Source: Squalus acanthias
Taxonomy: Eukaryota
DNA: 64,000 bases
Direction of reading: 5' to 3'
Assembly (NCBI GenBank): GCA_030390025.1
Contig: JASTWF010000033.1
Location: forward strand, 4,404,001-4,468,000
Shown: in pieces, positions 61,201 through 64,000 of the stretch
Numbering within the stretch: the stretch's first letter is position 1
How the letters are laid out: each line of letters opens with the position of its first letter
Notes under the pieces: model-generated
What the model was told of the DNA's origin: nothing
Database searches by the model: none
What the model saw: the letters and a program-made list of their open reading frames with translations, nothing else
Translations under genes and position numbers: made by a program

Positions 61201-63755
61201 TGTCTGGGTCGGTGAATCGAGCTGTCTGGGTCTGTGAATGGAGCTGTCTGAGTCTGTGAATGGAGTTGTCTTGGTCCGTGAATCGAGCTGTCTGGGTCTG
61301 TGAATGGAGCTGTCTGAGTCTGTGAATGGAGCTGTCTTGGTCTGTGAATGGAGCTGTCTGGGTCTGTGAATGGAGCTGTCTGGGTCTGTGAATGGAGCTG
61401 TCTGGGTCTGTGAATGGAGCTATCTGTGTCTGTGAATGAGCTGTCTGGCTCTGTGAATGGAGCTGTCTGAGTCTGAGAATGGTGCTGTTTGGGTCTGTGA
61501 ATGGAGCTATCTGTGTCGGTGAATGAGATGTCTGGGTCTGTGAATGGAGCTGTCTGTGTCTGTGAATGGAGCTGCCAGAGTCTGTGAAGGGAGCTGTCTG
61601 TGTCTGTGAATGGAGTTGTCTGGGTCTGTGAATGGAGCTGTCTGGGTCTGTGAATGGTGCTGTCTGAGTCTGTAACTAGAGCTGTCTGGGTCTGTGAATG
61701 GAGCTGCGAGACTCTGTAAATGGAGCTGTCTGGGTCATGAACGGAGCTGTCTGTGTCTGTGAATTGAGCTGTCAGATTCTGTAAATGGAGCTGTCTGTGT
61801 CTGTGAATGGAGCTGTCTGAGTCTCTAAATGGAGCTGTCTGAGTCTGTGAATGGAGCTGTCTGAGTCTGTGAATGGAGCTGTCTGAGTCTCTAAATGGAG
61901 CTGTCTGGGTCTGTGAATGGAGCTGCCAGAGTCTGTAAAGGGAGCTGTCTGTGTCTGTGAATGGAGTTGTCTGGGTCTGTGAATGGAGCTGTCTGGGTCT
62001 GTGAATGGAGCTGTCTGTGTCTGTGAATGCAGATGGCTGTGTCTGTGAATGGAGCTATCTGTGTCTGTGAATGGAGCTTTCTGAGTCTGTGAATGGAGAT
62101 GTTTGGTTCTGTGAATGGAGCTGTCTGGGTCTGTGAATGGAGCTGTCTGAGTCTGTAACTAGAGCTGTCTGGCTCTGTGATTGGAGTTGTCTGGGTCTGT
62201 GAATGGAGCTGTTTGAGTCTGTGAATGGATCTGTCTGGATCTGTGAATGGAGCTGTCTGGATCTGTGGAATGTGCTGTCTGGGTCTGCGAAATCAGCTGT
62301 CTGGGTCTGTGAATGAAGCTATCTGAGTCTGTGAATTGAGCTGTCTGTGTCTGTGAATTGAGCTGTCAGAGTCTGTAAATGGAGCTGTCTGGGTCTGTGA
62401 ATGGAGCTGTCTGGGTCTTTGAATGGAGCTGTCTGAGTCTGTGATTGGAGCTGTCTGGGTCTGTAAATGGAGCTGTCTGGTTCTGTGAATGGAGCTGTCT
62501 GGATCTGTGAATTGATCTGTCTTGGTCTGTGAATGGAGCTCTCTGGGTCTGTGAATGGAGCTGTCTGGATCTGTGAATTAAACTTTCGGAGTCTGTGAAT
62601 GGAGCTGTCTGAGTCTCTGAATGGAGCCGTCTGGGTCTGTGAATGGAACTGTCTGGGTCTGTGAATGTAACTGTCTTTGTCTGTGAATGGTGCTGTCTGG
62701 GTCTGTGAATGGAACTGTCTGTGTCTGTGACTGGTGCTATCTAGGTCTCTGAAATGACATTTCTGAGTCTGTGAATGGAGCTGTCTGAATCTGTGAATGA
62801 ATCTAACAACAGAAAACGCTGGAAAACTCTGCAGGCCAGGCACAATCCGTGGAGAGAGAAACAGAGTTAACGTTTCAGGTCGAAGAACTATCTTCAATGG
62901 AGCTGTCTGGGTCCGTAAATGGAGCTGTCTGTGTCTGTGAATGGAGCTCTCTGGGTCAGTGAAATATGCTTTCTGCTTCTGTGAAATGAGTTGTCTGGGT
63001 CTGTGAATAGAGCTGTCTGTGTCTGTGAATGGTGCTGTCTGAGTCTGTGAATGGAGCTGTCTTGGTCGATGAAATGAGCTGTCTTTGTCTTTGAATGGAG
63101 CTGTCTGGATCTGTGAAATGTGCTGTCTGGGTCTGCGAAATCAGCTGTCTGGGTCTGTGAATGAAGCTGTCTGAGTCTGTGAATTGAGCTGTCTGTGTCT
63201 GTGAATTGAGATGTCAGAGTCTGTAAATGGAAATGTCTGGGTCTGTGAATGGAGCTGTCTGGGTCTTTGAATGGAGCTGTCTGAGTCTGTGATTGGAGCT
63301 GTCTGGGTCTGTGAATGGAGCTATCTGGGTCTGTGAATGGAGCTGTCTGTGTCTGTGAATTGAGCTGCCTGAGTCTGTAAATGGAGCTGTCTGGGTCTGT
63401 GAATGGAGCTGTCTGTTTCTGTGAATGGAGATGTCTGGGTCTGTGAATGGAGATGTCTGGGTCTGTGAATGGAGCTATCTGGGTCTGTGTAATTAGCTGA
63501 CTGAGTCTCTGAAATGAGTTGTCTGTGTCTGTGAATGGAGACGTCTACATCTGTGAAATGAACTTTCTGTGTTTTTGAAATGAACTGATAGGGTTTTTGA
63601 AATCAGCTTTCCATGTCTGTGAATGTTGCTGTCTGTTTCTGTGATTGGAGCTGCCTGAGTCTGTGAATGGATCTGTCTGGGTCTGTGAATGGAGCTGTCT
63701 AGGTCTATGAAATGAACTTTCTGAGTTTGTGAAATGAATTGTCTGTGTTTTTGAA
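37240..63755. repeat. 22-bp satellite, consensus GGAGCTGTCTGGGTCTGTGAAT, ~1200 units, irregular higher-order structure
   Basis: Direct reading; minus-strand ORFs show a 22-aa period (3 x 22 nt); ends are more diverged than the interior. Confidence 0.97.
62800..62895 (-). mobile_element. ~96-bp Penelope family 1 terminal-repeat fragment inserted in the satellite
   Basis: agaaaacgctggaaaactc...ggagagagaaacagagttaacgtttcaggtcga matches 5440-5515; flanked by AATG on both sides. Confidence 0.8.
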
Positions 63756-63756
63756 A

Positions 63757-64000
63757 TGTGCATTTTGGGAAGATTAACAAGGCAAGGGAATACACAATGA
63801 ATGGTAGGACCCTAGGAAGGAGGGAGGTTCAGAACGACCTTGGTGTGCTTGTACATAGATCCCTGAAGGCAGCAGGAGAGGTAGATAAGGTGGTTAAAAA
63901 GGCATATGGGATACTTGCCTTCATTCGCCGAGGCATAGAATATAAGCGCAGGGAGGTTACGAAGGAGCTGTACAAAACGCTAGTTAGGCCACAGCTGGAA
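63757..64000 (+). mobile_element. CR1-B family LINE 3' fragment (runs off the window)
   Basis: Closely matches 22150-22392 (gggaatacacaatgaatggtagg...gagctgtacaaaacgctagttagg). Confidence 0.9.

Noticed and set aside
37223..63795. Mucin-like S/T/Q/P-rich ORFs on the minus strand (up to 771 aa)
   Set aside because: The 22-bp period cycles through all frames; stops and indels are frequent; no signal peptide or splice structure.

Overview
Eukaryotic, repeat-dominated vertebrate DNA. The NLR gene type and the CR1/Penelope repeat families suggest a cartilaginous fish (inference). Left part: a ~2-kb tandem duplication (1-3890), then a minus-strand NACHT-LRR (NLR) immune-receptor gene with five reconstructable exons (3993-9342). 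It looks recently pseudogenised: a 5-nt frameshift and an in-exon TAA, but intact splice sites. Middle (9.6-26.7 kb): decayed CR1/L2 LINEs, including a nest four (possibly five) levels deep, with clear target-site duplications for the inner insertions. Two Penelope-like retroelement families carry minimal hammerhead-ribozyme motifs in their terminal repeats, and these also occur as short solo or hairpin insertions. Right part: a 39-bp satellite (26.8-37.0 kb) with a ~4-kb higher-order duplication and a perfect CACAGTG heptamer in most units, then a 22-bp AGCT-rich satellite (37.2-63.75 kb). The long ORFs in the satellites are artefacts of stop-free repeat units. No intact host gene, tRNA, rRNA or CRISPR array is supported. 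I cannot confirm a wholly new system; the best leads are the ribozyme-bearing mini-insertions and the RSS-like and switch-like satellites.
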